64,000 bases of DNA from contig MCFH01000005.1 in assembly GCA_002104945.1 (NCBI GenBank), positions 124,001 to 188,000 on the forward strand. Direction: 5' to 3'. A model generated the notes under the pieces. It did not search any database, was not told where the DNA came from, and was given only the letters and a program-made list of their open reading frames with translations. Position numbers and translations under genes: made by a program. Each line of letters starts with the position of its first letter. The stretch's first letter is position 1. This DNA is from Piromyces finnis finn. Its lineage: Eukaryota > Fungi > Neocallimastigomycota. Positions 60,001 through 64,000 of this stretch are shown here, one piece after another.

Positions 60001-61394
60001 ATAGTAATGGCAACGAAAATGGTAAAAATACTATATAAAACTTATTAAAATAAATATTTTGAATAACTTTATACTTTTAATATATTTATTATCATTTATG
60101 TATTAATTTTTTTGTTGCTATTTTTATTTTAATTATTACATATCATAATTTTTGTTTATATATAGAATATAATAATATTAATCCAATAGAATGTGTAAGA
60201 ATATTAAATGAAAGTCCCGTTATTAAGAGCGCTATTCACGGCTTTATATATCCAAATAATTATAATAGTATGAATAATATGGGGATTAATTCAATGAATT
60301 ACATGAATAATATTTATGGAATGATGAATAATATTAATAATATGAATAATATGAATAATATGAATAATATAAATAATATAAATAATATAAATAATATGAA
60401 TAACATGAATAACATGAATATAATGAATATGACACATAATATGAATAATAATAATATGAATAAGAATATGATGAATATGAATAGTAATAATAATAGTAAT
60501 AATAATAACAATAATAATAATTTTTCCATGATGTCTTCCTTCCAACAAAATTCTAATATATCAAATAACATGAATCAAAATATGATGATGAATAATATGA
60601 CACACTTATCAAATATGAATTTTTCTAATAACGGTGTTCCAATGACCTCCTCTCCTTCCTCAAATAATACTTCTAATAATAGTAACAATAGTAACAACAA
60701 CAATGGAAATAGTAATATCAATAATAATAGAAATGTAATGTATAATCCCTACCGTCCTACTGGTAATATTAATCTACCATCTTCTAATTCTTCATCGTCG
60801 ACCATTCCTACTTCTTCTAACCCAAGTTACAATACTCTAACCAATATTCTTTCCACTTTTAATGATAATAACTCTACTAAATCCTCTCTTCTTCCAAATT
60901 TAAATAATAACTCCTCCTTTAATAACTCTTCATCTAATAATAGCTATTCTAATAAGAATAATAATTATAATATGCAAAATAATTTAAATAAGAATAAGTC
61001 CATAATGAATCAAAAGTCACCTATAAGAAATTCAGTAAATAATAGCAATGGTAATAATCATTCTAATTCTAATTCACTTTCTGATATATTACAAAAATTA
61101 AAGTCTATTCCTCAAAATAATCTCAATTCCAATGGTGTTATAAATTCTTTACCATCCTTGGGTACTCCAATGAATAATTCTATTCATCATAATTCTACTA
61201 ATAACAACAATAACAACAGTTCTTCAAGTAAGACTAATAGCATGAGCCATCTAAATTCAATTAATTCTAATTATGAGAGCATGCCCAATTCAATAAATTA
61301 TCATGACTCTACTTATCATAACTCAAAACCTGGCAATAATAATAAGAACATGAATTCAAATATGTATGGACAAAATAATTATATGTCTTATTAA
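57057..61394 (+). CDS. Nab3/NCOA5-like RRM RNA-binding protein with RS/RD-rich, charged and Asn/Met-rich low-complexity regions; 4 exons, ~1,300 aa
   Basis: RRM DSRLFIGNLASEK...IFSRYGNIYEIVIKNSYGFIQFDN resembles the Nab3 RRM (SRLFIGNL...KNAFGFIQFDN). After the RS/RD region comes PICQMVVIGD...EGVKAVIVI, resembling the anticodon-binding-like domain of NCOA5-type proteins. Exon frames join correctly (57963/58103; 59720/59828). Confidence 0.8.
58729..58833 (+). repeat. Coding 15-bp minisatellite (AAAAATGATGAAATT) x7 encoding KNDEI repeats
   Basis: Visible in the DNA and in the translation KNDEIKNDEIKNDEI... Confidence 0.9.
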
Positions 61395-61929
61395 AACATA
61401 AATATAAAAATTAATAATAGAAATAATAATTATTATTTTTGTTATTAAAATCATAAATTCCATCTTTTTTTTTTTTTTTTTAATTATAAAATTTTAATAT
61501 ACAAAATATATTTTAATATATACTATAAATAATTATTTATTATCATAATTCTCAATATCCTTTATATATATATATATATATACAATATATTTAATGCTTA
61601 TAATAAATAAATAATAAATAAATAAAATAAAATAAAATCTATATTATTTTTACTATTATTTAATGGTGTTGTTGTATAAGCAAATATATAAATAGAAAAA
61701 AAATTAAAAAAAAAACTACTATGGTTTAATTTCACGATTTTACAAAAATCAATGAAAACTATTTTCTTATCATTTTAAATATGAAATTTTTATTATAGTG
61801 ATTATTTAATTGCTTCTTTTTTGTTAATTTTATTTTTTTCTTACTTTGTAAAGTTTCAATATAAAATTTTAGGGTTTATATATTCTATATATTTTTTATA
61901 TTTTTATAATATATTAATAATTAATATAA

Positions 61930-62260
61930 GCAATATTTTTAAAATTTGTATTAGTTTCGATTCTTTACTAATATGTATCTTTCTTCAAAGATACGTAAAA
62001 CTTTCAATGATAAACTTTCAAAAAAAAGTTCTCAGATTATTATAATATTTATTGACATTAATATTATTAGACTTTGTTATCAATTATACTTTTTAAATTT
62101 GTCAATGATATTCTTGATAAATTCGAAAAATATAGTGTTAATGCTAAAGAAAAAAAAATTGTGGTCGATTCTTTACTGATGATATTATGCTTATCACTCC
62201 TCAATAAATTATTAAGGTGAGAGTCTGTAAATAGAGAGTTAAGAATCAAAGGACCTTTGA
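61930..62260 (+). mobile_element. Degenerate non-LTR (LINE) reverse-transcriptase fragment
   Basis: Translation LSIILFKFVNDILDKFEKYSV...(frameshift in A-run)...CGRFFTDDIMLITP parallels LINE RT 'LSP.LFN.FINDIL...LFADDIVL'. Stops and frameshifts are present. Confidence 0.55.
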
Positions 62261-64000
62261 TATTAATATATTATATTTATTACATTAACTCTTAATATAA
62301 TTAATTTTGTTATACCACCATCTAACTATATTACATCCTCTATTTAGTATTCATACCTTTTCAGAAACCAATTAATATATTAATACATCAATGAAACCAT
62401 TTAATTAAAATCAATTATCTCTATGATAAAATAACTCCAAAATTAAATCATTCTTTTTATTTTTATGTAATTGTAGTATATATATCTATATCTATATCAA
62501 AAGGTGTATCTTAATATTACCTGTTCTTAGTACAGTTCTCTTTGAACCCAATAAAGCTGGTATAAAAGAGAGTAGCAAATTAGAAAGGATAAAGTAAAGA
62601 AGAAGTTTTAATACAGATTATTTTATCTTTTTATATTTAACTTTTATTAAATTATAATATTAATAAATAAAATTGCATGTTACAAATGGCTAAAATAAAA
62701 ATATATATATATAAAATTGTACTACATTTTAAAATTAATATCTTGAGTGTATGACAAAAAAACAAAAAATTTATTTTCAAATTAAATCTTAATATTAAAT
62801 AATATATATAATTTATTATATATACATTTTATTTTTGTTAAAGTAATTTATCATTAATAATGCTATATTATATTAATAAAGAAGAAATAAAAAAAAATTT
62901 AACATGAATTAGGAAACATTTAAAATAAATTATAATAATAATTAAAATAGCTATAATTTTTTAATCCTAAAAAAGGTTTTTGCTACCTATCGTAGGGATA
63001 ATTTTGATATTTTCAGCCATAAATAAACCATTATTAAAATTTTTTTCTACTATCTTATATTAAGAGGATAGGTTAATTTTATATTAATTGTTAATATTAA
63101 TTCAACATAATTTTAATTTATATACAATATATTATAATGTACTCCACATATATGTATTAGAAATTTAATAAATAGAAATTAATTATGAATAAAATATGTT
63201 AATATAATTATAATATATTGAATTAGTATTAATTTGTGATAAATTTATGAAACCTTATTATAATTAATTTTTAACACTTCCATATTTTTTTTTGTAGTTT
63301 TTTTATTCATATAATAATTTTATAATTGAATATTTAAAGCTATTTATACATTTTATTTTATTCTATTATATTTTACAATTAAAATAGATTTTATATTATC
63401 TTTTAATTATATTAATAAAAAATAATTAATTGCTGTAATTAAAAGATAAATTGGGTATAAAAAATAAAAAAAAAAATAATTAAAATAATAAAAATATAAA
63501 GAAATACAAGTAAAAAGTAGATGAAATTTTAATGTTAATATACATTTATACATAGAATTAAAAAAAAAAAAAATTGTTGTTTAATAAATAAAATTTTTAT
63601 ATTTGATGCATACTAATTTCAAAAATAATTGCTTTTTATTATATCTACAGTACTAATATTTTATCCATAAATATATTCATTATTTTTTTATTATATATAT
63701 ATATATACAAATATCTATATAAAGCATAAAAGATATAAATAATAAGATTATTTATTTGTTCATAAACAAATAAAATTATTTTATTAAAAAAAAAATAAAT
63801 AATTATTATATATAAATACATTGTTTCATAAAATAGCAAAACCGCTTTATTATCTTAAAAATATAATTAAATGAAAATTAAATAAACAATATTTGTTTAT
63901 TATATGCTATTTAATTTTTAAGAGCATATTAATAATAAAAAAAAAGAAAAAAGTAAGAATAATTCTTATAAATTGTTGAAAATTATATAAATTACTAAAG

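Noticed and set aside
62520-62615. Minus-strand hydrophobic stretch (LLLYFILSNLLLSFIPALLGSKR) resembling a signal peptide followed by a GT donor
   Set aside because: In-frame stop just upstream, no ATG or usable acceptor, and no coherent downstream exon found.

Overview
Extremely AT-rich (by eye well under 25% GC), intron-dense eukaryotic DNA. The base composition, short GT-AG introns, (AAT)n/(TTTA)n microsatellites and flagellar genes point to an anaerobic gut fungus (Neocallimastigomycota; inferred, not proven). Many ORF-track entries are partial exons or antisense shadows, so I rebuilt gene models by hand from GT/AG boundaries. About 13 protein-coding genes: a giant intron-poor helical/spectrin-like protein (runs off the left edge), VPS13, CCDC153/DRC12, TRM82/WDR4, KAT14/CSRP2BP (ATAC2), an expanded CEP19, cardiolipin synthase CRD1, CFAP57, a BEM46/ABHD13 hydrolase, a divergent Cdc20/Fizzy-family APC activator, ERCC1/RAD10, S-adenosylmethionine synthetase, and a Nab3/NCOA5-like RRM protein. 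There is also a degenerate LINE reverse-transcriptase relic. No rRNA, tRNA or CRISPR was seen. The top lead is the SAM synthetase: it carries a ~115-aa N-terminal extension resembling a mitochondrial/hydrogenosomal presequence, which suggests organellar SAM synthesis. Other leads are a ~950-aa split CEP19, a full-length KAT14 in a fungus, three flagellar genes within ~21 kb, and a small dispersed intergenic repeat.
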